A DNA stretch of 64,000 bases, taken from assembly GCA_965203035.1 (NCBI GenBank), contig OZ241858.1, forward strand, positions 2,201,437-2,265,436. The letters run 5' to 3'. The notes under the pieces were generated by a model. It was not told where the DNA came from, searched no databases, and saw only the letters and a program-made list of their open reading frames with translations. The DNA is from Candidatus Spongiisocius sp. (GTDB lineage: Bacteria > Actinomycetota > Acidimicrobiia > Spongiisociales > Spongiisociaceae). Position numbers and translations under genes: made by a program. Positions 1-9,064 of the stretch are shown here, piece by piece; position 1 is the stretch's first letter, and the number at the start of each line of letters is the position of its first letter.

Positions 1-361
1 GCGCCATCGCCTGGTCCAAGCGTTCCGTCCTATCCTCCGTTCCGGCACCGTTGTCTGCCCCGAAGGCCACCTCGTCCGAAACACGGTCGCGGAACAGTTG
101 GGCGTCGGGATTCTGGAACACCAAGCCGATGCTGCGCGAGAGTTTGGCGGGTCTCACCTTCGCCGTGTCCGTGCCGTCGACCGTCACCGTGCCCGTGGTG
201 GGTTTGAGCAGGCCGTTGAACAGGCGGAGCATCGTCGATTTACCGGCGCCGTTGTGCCCGAGGACGAACAGGACCTCGCCGACGGACACGTCCAGGTTCA
301 GTTCGCGTATCGCCTCCACACCCTTCGGGTACGTGTAGCTGACATCGCGAAGCCGTATCAC
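1..361 (-). CDS. ABC ATPase of ECF/cobalt-type transporter (EcfA2/CbiO-like). The 3' end runs off the window. GTG start at 361 overlaps the upstream stop (GTGA).
   Basis: Minus-strand translation gives VIRLRDVSYTYPKG...GEVLFVLGHNGAGKSTMLRL...IGLVFQNPDAQLF. Walker A and an ECF-ATPase-like N-terminus are present. Not in the ORF track because it lacks an ATG start and is truncated. Confidence 0.75.
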   Translation of the reverse strand, partial: MIRLRDVSYTYPKGVEAIRELNLDVSVGEVLFVLGHNGAGKSTMLRLFNGLLKPTTGTVTVDGTDTAKVRPAKLSRSIGLVFQNPDAQLFRDRVSDEVAFGADNGAGTEDRTERLDQAMA

Positions 362-1266
362 CTCGAGCCTCCTGCCCCGACGGAGGCTCGGAGTGACTCC
401 AGCAACTGATCCGTCCCTAGGGGCGCCTGATCACCCAGGTCCATCCCGCGTTCGCTGAGCTCGGCCCAGATAGCGACGTAGCGAGGGATCAGGACCTTGC
501 CGGAGAGCGGTCCCGGGTCGGCGAGCAGGGAAGCAGGGCTCCCATCCGCCGTCACTCGACCCTCCTCCAGGATGACCAGCCGGTCGGTGACGGCCAACCA
601 GCGGCTCAGGTCCTGGGCTACCAGTACCACCGTCGTGTGCTCCCTGCGCAGCTTCTTGACTATGGACACCACCTCCGCGGTCCCGGTGGGATCGAGTTGG
701 GAGGTCGGGTCGTCGAGGACCAAGATGGGTTTGTGCTGGGCCAGAGCACACGCTATTGCCAGCCGCTGCGACTGGCCGCCCGAAAGGCGGCGGGGGTGGT
801 GCCCGGCCATCTCGGCCAGCCCGACGCTCTCCAAGGCCTCCAGGACCCTGGAGATGATCTCGGCAGGGGGTAGTCCCTCGTTCTCCAAGGCGTAGGCGGC
901 CTCGTCGAACACCGTCCTCGTGGCAGCGGTCAGCTGGTCGAAGGGGTTGTCGAAGACCATGCCGATGGACTCGATGATCGCGTGCGGCACGGCGGACTCC
1001 ACGTCGTGGCCGAGCACCCGTGCCGAACCCTCCACCTTCCCGCTCAACAGCCTCGGAACGAAACCGGCCACAACCCGGGCCAGCGTGGACTTGCCGCTCC
1101 CGGAAGGCCCCGTGATAAGGGTGAGCTGGTCACTGTAGAGCTCGAGGGTCACCCCGGTCAGCGAGGGCTCGGATGCGGTGTCGTAGGTAATTCCAAAGTG
1201 ATCGAACGTGGCGAACGCCGCGTTCGCCGACCCGGTGGAGTCCGGCGAGCCGGCGCCGCTCACCAT
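358..1266 (-). CDS. ABC ATPase of ECF/cobalt-type transporter (EcfA1/CbiO-like)
   Basis: Walker A (GPSGSGKST), ABC signature (LSGGQSQRLAIACAL) and Walker B (ILVLDDPTSQLD). It lies in tandem with a second ATPase and an EcfT-like gene. Confidence 0.8.
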   Translation of the reverse strand: MVSGAGSPDSTGSANAAFATFDHFGITYDTASEPSLTGVTLELYSDQLTLITGPSGSGKSTLARVVAGFVPRLLSGKVEGSARVLGHDVESAVPHAIIESIGMVFDNPFDQLTAATRTVFDEAAYALENEGLPPAEIISRVLEALESVGLAEMAGHHPRRLSGGQSQRLAIACALAQHKPILVLDDPTSQLDPTGTAEVVSIVKKLRREHTTVVLVAQDLSRWLAVTDRLVILEEGRVTADGSPASLLADPGPLSGKVLIPRYVAIWAELSERGMDLGDQAPLGTDQLLESLRASVGAGGSR

Positions 1267-2051
1267 AGGATGGCGAGGACGACGAGCGGGATCACAGCCA
1301 GCAGCAACGCCTTCTGCAGCAGCTTCCCCTTATCTTCCACTGCGACGGCAGAGGTGCGGCGCCCGGGCCGCGCGAACCCCCTCGATTCGAGGGCCAGGGT
1401 CCTCATCTCGACCGCGATCAGGGAACTGACCAGCAGGGGCTTGAGCAGCGCGAAGAGGGTCCGGAGCCGTCGCGGCAGACTTCCCTTCGTATCGAAGCCC
1501 CGCGACTGCTGGGCATCGAGGATCTGGGCAGCCCGGAGCCGCATCTCCGGGAGCAGTTCCGCTCCCGCGAGGTACGCGTACGCCAGCTTGTGCGAGACCC
1601 CGCGCTGGATGAGGGCGGTCGCGAAGCGCTTGGGGTGCACGGTCGTCATGGCGGCGGTCACTGCGATGACGAAGACGGCCAAGCGGGCGGCGGTGGTTCC
1701 GGCGAGTGCCAGGCCTTCAGCGTTGATGGAGATGGGACCCCAGCTGGCGATCGGTTCCGAGTCGTAGGGGCGGACCACCCCGTGTATCACGAAGAGGGCG
1801 AACGTCATCGGGGCCATGAGGCGGAGGGACTTGAGCACGACCATCCACAGGCGGCTCGCTAGGAGGATCGCCACCGCCACCAGCAGCAGGACCGCGGGAA
1901 CCTGGAACGTGTCGCCGGCGAATCCCGCAACCGATAGTGGAAGCACTGCGGCCAGCTTGGTCAGGGGGTGCACCCGGTGGAGCCAGGTGCTCCCGACATC
2001 GTACAGCGCGGCTACCCGCGCCGGGGACCAGGTGGTCGTGTCGGCTTCCAC
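1260..2051 (-). CDS. ECF transporter transmembrane (T) component, EcfT/CbiQ family
   Basis: A 263-aa polytopic membrane protein with a CbiQ-like C-terminal region (ARLAVFVIAVTAAMTT...ALESRGF). It overlaps the downstream ATPase start. Confidence 0.7.
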   Translation of the reverse strand: MEADTTTWSPARVAALYDVGSTWLHRVHPLTKLAAVLPLSVAGFAGDTFQVPAVLLLVAVAILLASRLWMVVLKSLRLMAPMTFALFVIHGVVRPYDSEPIASWGPISINAEGLALAGTTAARLAVFVIAVTAAMTTVHPKRFATALIQRGVSHKLAYAYLAGAELLPEMRLRAAQILDAQQSRGFDTKGSLPRRLRTLFALLKPLLVSSLIAVEMRTLALESRGFARPGRRTSAVAVEDKGKLLQKALLLAVIPLVVLAILW

Positions 2052-2119
2052 TACCGCTTCATATTTCGCGTGGTCTGCCCGTGAGGCATTTCGGGCCCCA
2101 CGGGCAGACTGCTATCCGG

Positions 2120-2723
2120 TTAGAACGGAATTACCTCTCGGCCAAACGGAGGCCTGTAGCGTGCCGGGGTTCCCTTTATGAGGAGGAACGCCAGGAGCAC
2201 AGTGATCACCTTGTCGCCCGGAGTCGTGAGCAGCTGCTGACCGATGACGGATTCGACCATCCCTTGCCCCGATGCCACGAAGAAACCGGTTACTGCGTCG
2301 ACGCCCGACCCGGAGACACCTTCGAATACGAGGACGACGATGGGCGTGGCGGTGACAATCGTGACCACGGTCAGCACAACCATCATCCAGATCACCTTGC
2401 CGGTTGAGCGAAGGAACCCACGCGCCGCCATGACGCCGGCCGCTATCCCGAGTGCGGCATTGACAATCCCGAACGGAATCGATGTCGCCTCGAGGGTTAG
2501 TCCGATCACCAGGTTCGTAAGGACCCCGGCAACTGCCGCGACCCACGGACCCGCCAGGAAGGCCAGCATGGTGGTGCCTATGGTGTCGAGGAAGAGCGGC
2601 AGGTTGAGAACCTGGGTGAAGGTCCTTCCGATCATGTTGATCCCGATTGCCACCGGGATGAGTACCCATGCCGCTGTAGTGAAAGCTGTCTTGAATCTGA
2701 GTCCGTCTTGGATGGCAGTCATC
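2120..2723 (-). CDS. Small polytopic membrane protein (~200 aa, about 6 TM). Candidate ECF substrate-specific (S) component; an ABC-2-type permease for the upstream ATPase is the alternative.
   Basis: Hydrophobic helices throughout. The true start is probably the internal Met (MTAIQDGLRF) at 2723. The ORF-track N-terminal extension lies in a low-GC leader and does not look coding. Confidence 0.45.
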
Positions 2724-2893
2724 AGCGTCCGCTCCCTTCGCTGCTCTATACCTATCAAGGAGCATATTGATCGGAGACGGACGATGTCGGTGAAAAGTGA
2801 ATATAGATCGGGATACCTGTGACTCACGGTGTGCAACAAGGGACGCCGGATGGAGGTGTCAGATGAAAACGGTTGGTTTACCTGTCACAACCT

Positions 2894-3781
2894 TCACGAT
2901 GCCACCGCTTCCCTGAAGAGATCCGAGAGCGTAGGCGGACCGTACGAGAACTCCCGCACCGCCCTGCCGTCCGAGAGCGCGGTCATTATCTCCTCCATGC
3001 CGAGTTCGGCGGGCACCCTGAGAATGTGACGGGTACCGATCGATTCCACCAACCGGACACCCGGAAGGGCGGGGGTGGGGGCCGGCGATGAGTCCACATC
3101 CACCTCGACCCTCCGGTGAGCCGCCCGGTCCTTGAGCGTCTTGACGGGCCCGGACAGAGCTACCCGGCCCTGGTTGATGATGGCGACGTCATCACATAGG
3201 TGCTCTACGAGATCCAGCTGATGGCTGGAGAAGAGCACCGCCGATCCTTGTTCCGCACGCTCTCTGAGTATCCGGGACATCTCCTCGACTCCGAGCGGGT
3301 CCAGGCCGCTGAAGGGCTCATCCAGCACCAGCAGCTCCGGATCGTGTACCAGTGCGGTTACGAGCTGCACCCTCTGCTGGTTTCCGTGAGAGAGGTCGTC
3401 GATCCGTGAGTCTGCCCGCTCCTCGAGCCCGATCCGGGCGATCCACCGGTCGGCTGCGCCGGCGGCGGCTGCCTTGCTGAGCCCGTGGAGACGACCGAAG
3501 TAGATCACCTGGCGGCGTACCGGCATGCGGGGGTACAGGCCGCGCATCTCCGGCATGTATCCGAACCGCCGGCGCGCGCCGTGGGTGACTGTTCGGCCCA
3601 TCCAGGTCACGGTGCCCGCATCGAGGCGCAGCAGGCCGAAGACGGCGCGCATGGCGCTGGTCTTGCCGGCGCCGTTGGGACCGAGGAAACCAACCAGCCG
3701 CCCCGGCTTTACGGAGAAACCGCAGTCATCCAAGGCAACCACGTCGCCGTAGCGCTTGGTAAGGCCGTCAAGTTCGAGCAT
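2894..3781 (-). CDS. ABC transporter ATP-binding protein (ABC-2/DrrA-like, with a C-terminal extension)
   Basis: Walker A (GPNGAGKTS), signature (LSHGNQQRVQLVTAL) and Walker B (LLVLDEPFSGLDP). Confidence 0.8.
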   Translation of the reverse strand: MLELDGLTKRYGDVVALDDCGFSVKPGRLVGFLGPNGAGKTSAMRAVFGLLRLDAGTVTWMGRTVTHGARRRFGYMPEMRGLYPRMPVRRQVIYFGRLHGLSKAAAAGAADRWIARIGLEERADSRIDDLSHGNQQRVQLVTALVHDPELLVLDEPFSGLDPLGVEEMSRILRERAEQGSAVLFSSHQLDLVEHLCDDVAIINQGRVALSGPVKTLKDRAAHRRVEVDVDSSPAPTPALPGVRLVESIGTRHILRVPAELGMEEIMTALSDGRAVREFSYGPPTLSDLFREAVAS

Positions 3782-3838
3782 GGACCGTAAGGAGGGTAAT
3801 CACCCGCGTGCCCGTACTCCCGCGGGCCGACCCGCTCC

Positions 3839-4552
3839 GTGGGAGGCAAGGGGCTTCCCATGGACGTCCTTGGCCGGTACAAGTACGGGGGCGTTGTGGA
3901 TGGAGGAGGTGCCATGTCCGAGACGTCATCCGGGCGCGGCATTCGCGCCGGGGCGCCGGGTATTCCAGTGTCCCGCCGGGGCGCTTCGCTCGTCCTGGGA
4001 GGCGCGCTGGTGCTCGTGATCGGATTCGCCCTCTGGAACCGGCCCCAGGCACCTCCGGCGGAGTCCCAACCCTCCCCGGAGGTTCTGGTCGTGCCCGTGT
4101 CCGCGGTCGAGACCCCTCCGGCTCTGGCGACCGTTCATGTCTCGGGCGCGGTCGCGGCGCCCGGCCTGGTGGTGTTGCCGGAAGGAAGCCGGGTGGCCGA
4201 TGCGATCGCGGGGGTGGGCGGCGCACTGCCCGGCTCGGAGCTTCGACTGATCAACCTGGCTGCGCCGGTAGCGGACGGCATGCATCTCGATGTTCCGTGG
4301 GCCGGCGACGGGACGGGCACGGGGATCGCACCGTCCGGCGCGGCGGGATCGGGCTACCCGGTAGACCTGAACCGGGCGGATCACGAGGCTCTCACCGGCA
4401 TTCCCGGGGTGGGCGAGGTGCTGGCGCTGCGCATCGCCGCACACAGGGAGGCCCACGGTCCGTTCACCACCATGGAGGACCTCCTGGACGTTCCGGGCAT
4501 CGGCGAAGGCAGGCTGGCCGGAATGCGCGACTACGTGGAGGTGGGTCGATAG
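3839..4552 (+). CDS. comEA: Competence protein ComEA (helix-hairpin-helix DNA-binding/uptake protein)
   Basis: N-terminal TM helix and C-terminal tandem HhH motifs (LNRADHEALTGIPGVGEVLALRIAAHREAHGPFTTMEDLLDVPGIGEGRL). The start could instead be a downstream in-frame ATG. Confidence 0.8.
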   Translation: MGGKGLPMDVLGRYKYGGVVDGGGAMSETSSGRGIRAGAPGIPVSRRGASLVLGGALVLVIGFALWNRPQAPPAESQPSPEVLVVPVSAVETPPALATVHVSGAVAAPGLVVLPEGSRVADAIAGVGGALPGSELRLINLAAPVADGMHLDVPWAGDGTGTGIAPSGAAGSGYPVDLNRADHEALTGIPGVGEVLALRIAAHREAHGPFTTMEDLLDVPGIGEGRLAGMRDYVEVGR

Positions 4553-4614
4553 GCCGCCTGCCGGACCCGGGAGCGAGATGGTTCCTGGCCGGCGCCGGCG
4601 CCATCTGGATCGGA

Positions 4615-6702
4615 GTGGTCGCCGGGATCCGGGCCCCCTGGATCGCTGTCCTGGCCTTCGGCGCCGCAGCCGTGGCCGGCGTCCTGCGCAGTTGGGGAGC
4701 CGTCGTGGTGGCGGGCCTCGCCACACTCGGAGCCCTCGGCGGCCTGTTCCTGGGCGCCCGCCATCAGGAGACGGTGGAGTCAGTGCTGCCCCAGGGTGAG
4801 GTGACACTACTGGTCGAGACTCTGGCCGATGCTTCGGGCGGTCCGGGGCAGGACCGGGTTCTCGTACGGATTCTGGCCGTCGAGGGAGCGGCAGGGCCGA
4901 TCGCCTGGGACGGTCCGGCAGGCAGGCTCCGAGGTGACGTGGCCGGCTGGACACGGGACAGCCGGTGGTGGGTTGAGACGACGATGTACCCCGGCGCCGA
5001 TCCCGTTGCCAGGGACAGAGCCAGGAACCCCATCGTCTGGCAGGGCCGGGTAGTACGCGCTCGTCCCGCGCCCGAACGGGTCGGATGGGTGGCGGGACAG
5101 GCTGCGCGGGTCCGTTCCCTGATGATCGATCGCCTCCGCCCGGACGCCGGCCGGGGTAGGGCGCTCCTGGCCGGATTCCTGCTCGGGGACGTTTCGAACC
5201 TGCGACCGTGGGAGGAGGAGGCGATGCGCCGCGCCGGCCTGTCGCACTTCGTGGCCGTGTCCGGAAGCAACGTGGCGCTGTTCCTGGGCGCCCTGTTCCT
5301 GGTAGCGGGCCCGCTGGGTTGGAGTTCCATACGTCGAGCAGTCCTGGGTCTGGCCGGCCTGGTCTTCTTCGTGTTCCTCATCGGGCCGGACCCGTCGGTG
5401 GTACGGGCCGCCACCATGGCGGGGCTGGTGCTGGTCGCCCGATCTTTCGGCCTGCGCCCGGACATCTGGCGGGTGATCGGGGTGGGGGTGGGGCTGCTCC
5501 TTCTGGTTTCTCCCGAGCTGGCCTACAGCCTCGGATTCCAGCTCTCGGTAGCAGCCACGGCCGGGGTGGTGGTCGGAACCGGGTGGTTCCGCAACCTCCG
5601 CCCCCGGTGGCTCGCCACCTCGCTGGGAGCTGCCTGCGGCGCCCAGCTGGCGGTAGCCCCGGTCCTGCTGCTCGCGATCGGGCATCTTCCCCTCTGGTCG
5701 CCGGTCGCCAACGTCGCGGCTGCGCCGCTCGTGGTGGCGGCAACCGGGTTGGGAGGAGCGGGGGCCGTCGCGAATGTGGACGGGCTGGTGGAGGCAGGCG
5801 CCCTTCTGGCTCGCGGGGTCCTGGGGATAGCCGATCTGTCGTCAACCCTGCCGCAGATCGGATGGACGGCCACCCTCCTGCTGGCCGGGTGCGGGTTGGT
5901 GGCGATCTCTCGCCGGTTCCGGCCGCTCGCGGTACTGGCGGCCAGCCTGTTCGCGTGCGTGTTGACGGTCTCCACCGTTCCGCATGCGGTGGCGGGTGCT
6001 CCGGCCCGGCCGGCGTTCATCGCCCTTGACGTCGGTCAGGGCGATGCGTTGCTGCTCCTGGGCGAGGAGGGCGAGACGGTGCTGGTCGACGGGGGGAGCG
6101 ACGGCGCCAGGATCCGGGCCGGCCTGGCCCGGTTCGATGTCAGGGCCGTGGACCTGCTGGTCCTGTCCCATGCCCATCATGACCACTACGGCGGACTGGT
6201 CGACGTCATCGGATCGCTTCCGGTCGGGCAGGTGTGGTACGCACCTTTCCCGGGCCGGACGGACGGGTACGCGAGCCTGGTGGAGGCAGCCGAGCAGGTG
6301 ACCCGGGTCGCGGTACCGAGCCTCGGCGTTCACGTGATCGGATCCATCCGGCTTGAGGTGCTGGGTCCGATCCGTCGGTATGCCTCTCCCAACGATCAGT
6401 CGATAGCCATCCGGGCCACGCTCGGCGGTGGGACCGTACTGCTGACCGGCGATATGGAACGTATTTCCCAGGCCGAGATCGACCCTCCCCGCGTAGATGT
6501 GCTGAAGGTTCCCCACCAGGGCGCCGCCACCTCCGATCCGGAGTGGTTGGTAAGAACAGGCGCGTCCGTGGCGGTGGTGAGCGTCGGACCCAACCGGTTC
6601 GGCCACCCCTCTGAGGAATTGCTCGCCACGCTCGAGAGGGCCGGCATGCAGGTGCGTCGCACCGACCGTGAAGGCGACGTGGTGGTCGGGCTCGGACAGT
6701 GA
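4615..6702 (+). CDS. comEC: DNA internalization competence protein ComEC/Rec2 (competence domain plus C-terminal metallo-beta-lactamase domain)
   Basis: ComEC competence domain (GLSHFVAVSGSNVALFLGALF) and an MBL motif (LLVLSHAHHDHYGGL). It lies in frame 1 of the long 3808..6702 ORF. The start is uncertain (no ATG; GTG at 4615 or CTG at 4558). Confidence 0.8.
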   Translation: MVAGIRAPWIAVLAFGAAAVAGVLRSWGAVVVAGLATLGALGGLFLGARHQETVESVLPQGEVTLLVETLADASGGPGQDRVLVRILAVEGAAGPIAWDGPAGRLRGDVAGWTRDSRWWVETTMYPGADPVARDRARNPIVWQGRVVRARPAPERVGWVAGQAARVRSLMIDRLRPDAGRGRALLAGFLLGDVSNLRPWEEEAMRRAGLSHFVAVSGSNVALFLGALFLVAGPLGWSSIRRAVLGLAGLVFFVFLIGPDPSVVRAATMAGLVLVARSFGLRPDIWRVIGVGVGLLLLVSPELAYSLGFQLSVAATAGVVVGTGWFRNLRPRWLATSLGAACGAQLAVAPVLLLAIGHLPLWSPVANVAAAPLVVAATGLGGAGAVANVDGLVEAGALLARGVLGIADLSSTLPQIGWTATLLLAGCGLVAISRRFRPLAVLAASLFACVLTVSTVPHAVAGAPARPAFIALDVGQGDALLLLGEEGETVLVDGGSDGARIRAGLARFDVRAVDLLVLSHAHHDHYGGLVDVIGSLPVGQVWYAPFPGRTDGYASLVEAAEQVTRVAVPSLGVHVIGSIRLEVLGPIRRYASPNDQSIAIRATLGGGTVLLTGDMERISQAEIDPPRVDVLKVPHQGAATSDPEWLVRTGASVAVVSVGPNRFGHPSEELLATLERAGMQVRRTDREGDVVVGLGQ

Positions 6703-6750
6703 CAGCTCGGCTCGGTTCTAAGCGACCTCCCATCGCTACGATCCGGCCCG

Positions 6751-7500
6751 ATGGCCATGACGACTCAGCGCAAGCGGATCCTGATCACCGGAGCCGGCAG
6801 GTGGAACAAGGGGGAGGAGGGGGGCCTGGGCGCGGCGCTGGCGATCCGGCTCGCCGGCCAGGGACACACCGTCGTCGTCAACCACCGTTCCAGCGGCGAA
6901 TCGGCCGAGCGGCTGGTCGAGGCGATCCGGAACCGGGCGGCGAGCGCACTGGCCGTCCGGGCGGACGTCACCGATCCGGACGACGTGGAGAGGATGGGGA
7001 GGACCATCGAGCAGGAACTCGGCGGACTCGACGCGGTGATCAACAACGCCGGCCTTTTCCTGATCAAGGACTACGAACACCTGACCCCCGATGAGTGGGA
7101 GTCGCAGATAGCGTCGACCGCGACGGCCACCTACTACGTGTCCAACATCCTGCTGCCCTTGCTGCGCGAGCAGGGCGGAAGGATCATCAACATCGCCGAC
7201 GCGGGCGCCGATCGGATCACCGCCCGGCCCCGCACCCTTCCGTACCACATCGGCAAGATGGGAGTGCTGATGATCACCCGGACCATGGCCAGGGCGGAGG
7301 CCGGCCATGGTGTCACTGTCAACGCCATCCTTCCGGGGGTCCTGGAGAACTCCGAACCCCTTCCGGATCGGGCCCGCATACCGGCGGGACGCCACGGCAC
7401 CGCGGACGACGTCCTGGAAGCGGTCACGTTCCTCCTGAGCGAGAAGGCCGGCTACGTCACCGGCGCCTTCATCCAGGTCGGTGGGGGCTGGAACCTCTAG
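6751..7500 (+). CDS. SDR-family short-chain dehydrogenase/reductase
   Basis: Rossmann TGAGRWNKG...GxG motif, NNAG motif, and the YxxxK catalytic region (LPYHIGKMG). Confidence 0.75.
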   Translation: MAMTTQRKRILITGAGRWNKGEEGGLGAALAIRLAGQGHTVVVNHRSSGESAERLVEAIRNRAASALAVRADVTDPDDVERMGRTIEQELGGLDAVINNAGLFLIKDYEHLTPDEWESQIASTATATYYVSNILLPLLREQGGRIINIADAGADRITARPRTLPYHIGKMGVLMITRTMARAEAGHGVTVNAILPGVLENSEPLPDRARIPAGRHGTADDVLEAVTFLLSEKAGYVTGAFIQVGGGWNL

Positions 7501-7582
7501 TGGTTCGCGGGATGACGGTGTGCTACGACCGCCGGGCCATGCCTGATGGTTCAGCACGCATACCCTCGGCCCGGATCCGCTC

Positions 7583-8572
7583 GTGAATGCCCTTACCCAC
7601 CTCAAGGGTCCCTCCAGACCCGGTCCGGGCGACCGGAAAGTTCTGCTGGACCGGGCCGGTGAGCTGTTCGCCGGCGCCGAGATCGAGCCGACCGACATCA
7701 TCCGGATCGACGTGCCGGGCCGGGGCCAGTCGGTAGGGGGAGAGGGCCTGCTGAGGCCCGAGCTCGAACCGATCGTGCCCGCCCTGCAGTCGGGATCCCT
7801 GTTCGGCGGGCGTACGGGTGTCATGTTGATGGACGCTCAGCTACTCCAGTCCGATGAGGCTGCCGTCGTGACCGATCTACTCGCTCACCAGGCCGGTGGG
7901 ATCCCGCCGGTGGTGCTGGTCACGAGCGGAAAGCTCCCGTCCCCGCTCGCAGCCCATGTGAAGAGGAACGCCGAGGTGATAACGGTCCGCAAGCTGGCCG
8001 ACCGTGACGTCGCCCTGTGGGTGCGCGACGCCGCCCGCCGGCGCGGGTTACGCCTCGGTTCGGACGCCGCTCAGGCCCTTGTCCAGCGCTTCGGATCCGA
8101 CGTCGGGGCCATCGACCACGCTCTCGACCAACTGAGCATTTCCGGGGGGCCGGTAACCGAACAGGTCATCCTGGACCGCTTCCGCAACCGGCCGGACCAG
8201 CCCCTTTGGAAGCTGACCGACGCCCTCGGGAAGGGGGCCGCAGAGGAAGCCATCCGCCGGCTGCATGATCTCCTCACCCACGGGCACCCCCTCGTTCTTG
8301 TGGCGACCATCGAGAACGACCTCCGGAAAAGGGCGCTGGCCGCGGCCGCGCCGGATATCGCCACGTTCGCGGAGTGGATCGGCGGTAAGCCCGGCGCCTA
8401 CCCGACCCGGAAGGCATGGCAGGCAGGACGGGCCATGTCAAGGGAGGATCTGAACAGGGCCGTAGATGCTGTTCGCAGGGCCGATGCCACGCTGAAAGGT
8501 ATGCCGCCAGAGACCCACCTACCGACCTTGGAGCGCTTGGTGGCCGCCCTCTGCATCTGGTACCGCGGTTAG
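7583..8572 (+). CDS. holA: DNA polymerase III delta subunit
   Basis: Conserved position downstream of comEC. Length and overall similarity fit the HolA family. The stop codon TAG is the first unit of the heptamer array. Confidence 0.7.
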   Translation: MNALTHLKGPSRPGPGDRKVLLDRAGELFAGAEIEPTDIIRIDVPGRGQSVGGEGLLRPELEPIVPALQSGSLFGGRTGVMLMDAQLLQSDEAAVVTDLLAHQAGGIPPVVLVTSGKLPSPLAAHVKRNAEVITVRKLADRDVALWVRDAARRRGLRLGSDAAQALVQRFGSDVGAIDHALDQLSISGGPVTEQVILDRFRNRPDQPLWKLTDALGKGAAEEAIRRLHDLLTHGHPLVLVATIENDLRKRALAAAAPDIATFAEWIGGKPGAYPTRKAWQAGRAMSREDLNRAVDAVRRADATLKGMPPETHLPTLERLVAALCIWYRG

Positions 8573-8639
8573 TTGTTAGTTGTTAGTTGTTAGTTGTTAG
8601 TTGTTAGTTGTTCCGATGTAACTAACGACTACAAACTAG
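8570..8639. repeat. Heptamer hairpin element A: (TAGTTGT)x6 direct array (8570-8611), loop TCCGATGT, then three inverted degenerate copies (AACTAAC GACTACA AACTAG, 8621-8639).
   Basis: Read directly from the sequence. An AT-rich island at the convergent holA/rpsT junction. The stop codons of both genes lie inside the element. Confidence 0.9.
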
Positions 8640-8889
8640 AAACGAGACGGGCCAGGCGCGCCTTCCGGCGGTTGGCGGTGTTCTTCTTGAGCACACCTTT
8701 CGCCACAGCCTGATCGATACGCTTCTGGGCGCTTCGCAAGGCCTGCTCGGTTGCCTCACGGTCACCGCTCTCGGCGGCTTCCTCCACCTGGCGCGCCCGG
8801 GTCTTCAGCTCCGAACGGATCGACCTGTTGCGGACCCTGCTGGCAATGGCCTGCCTGTCGCGCTTTTCCTGGGACTTGGTGTGTGGCAT
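8629..8889 (-). CDS. rpsT: 30S ribosomal protein S20
   Basis: MPHTKSQEKRDRQAIASRVRNRS...KNTANRRKARLARLVSSL, about 86 aa and S20-like. The start is the internal Met at 8889; the ORF-track N-extension is rejected. Confidence 0.9.
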   Translation of the reverse strand: MPHTKSQEKRDRQAIASRVRNRSIRSELKTRARQVEEAAESGDREATEQALRSAQKRIDQAVAKGVLKKNTANRRKARLARLVSSL

Positions 8890-9064
8890 CTTGTGACCCG
8901 CCGTGTTCGAGTTGCTTGCCGGATAGGCTCGAACCTGTCGAGCGGCACCAGGGGTGAGCGTGCGGACCGTGAGGCTAGCAGGCGCGGCCGACCGGTCCAA
9001 CGTAAACCACCCTTCGCATCGTCACCCCTGGTAGCGCCGGTGGGTACGGGTATCATGTCCGGCC

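Noticed and set aside
2724-2893. TPP riboswitch call for the ECF S-component leader
   Set aside because: Only a partial 3' motif (GCGAAGGGA) is present. No CUGAGA or ACCUGAUC thi-box core lies at the right spacing. Kept as an unclassified candidate leader only.
4807-6606. Large antisense ORFs opposite comEC (for example 4807..5685, 5842..6606) and similar antisense ORFs opposite the 7TM-HD gene, polA, uvrA, acs and the BCCT gene
   Set aside because: They are mirror-frame artefacts of high-GC coding sequence. They have Arg/Gly/Pro-biased composition, overlap well-supported genes, and show no motifs.
3808-6702. 964-aa ORF spanning the comEA and comEC regions as a single protein
   Set aside because: Its N-terminal 250 aa is an Arg/Gly-rich alternative-frame reading of the comEA region, which is coded in frame 2 with clear HhH motifs. 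Only the distal part (ComEC) is real. Long spurious ORFs are expected at 68% GC.
8570-8611. Heptamer tandem arrays as a CRISPR array or minisatellite VNTR
   Set aside because: The unit is only 7 bp with no spacers. Arrays are paired with inverted copies and sit at gene 3' ends. They are better explained as hairpin-forming elements.
9001-9064. CIRCE operator (TTAGCACTC-N9-GAGTGCTAA) upstream of hrcA
   Set aside because: No match to the CIRCE inverted repeat was found in the 64-nt upstream region.
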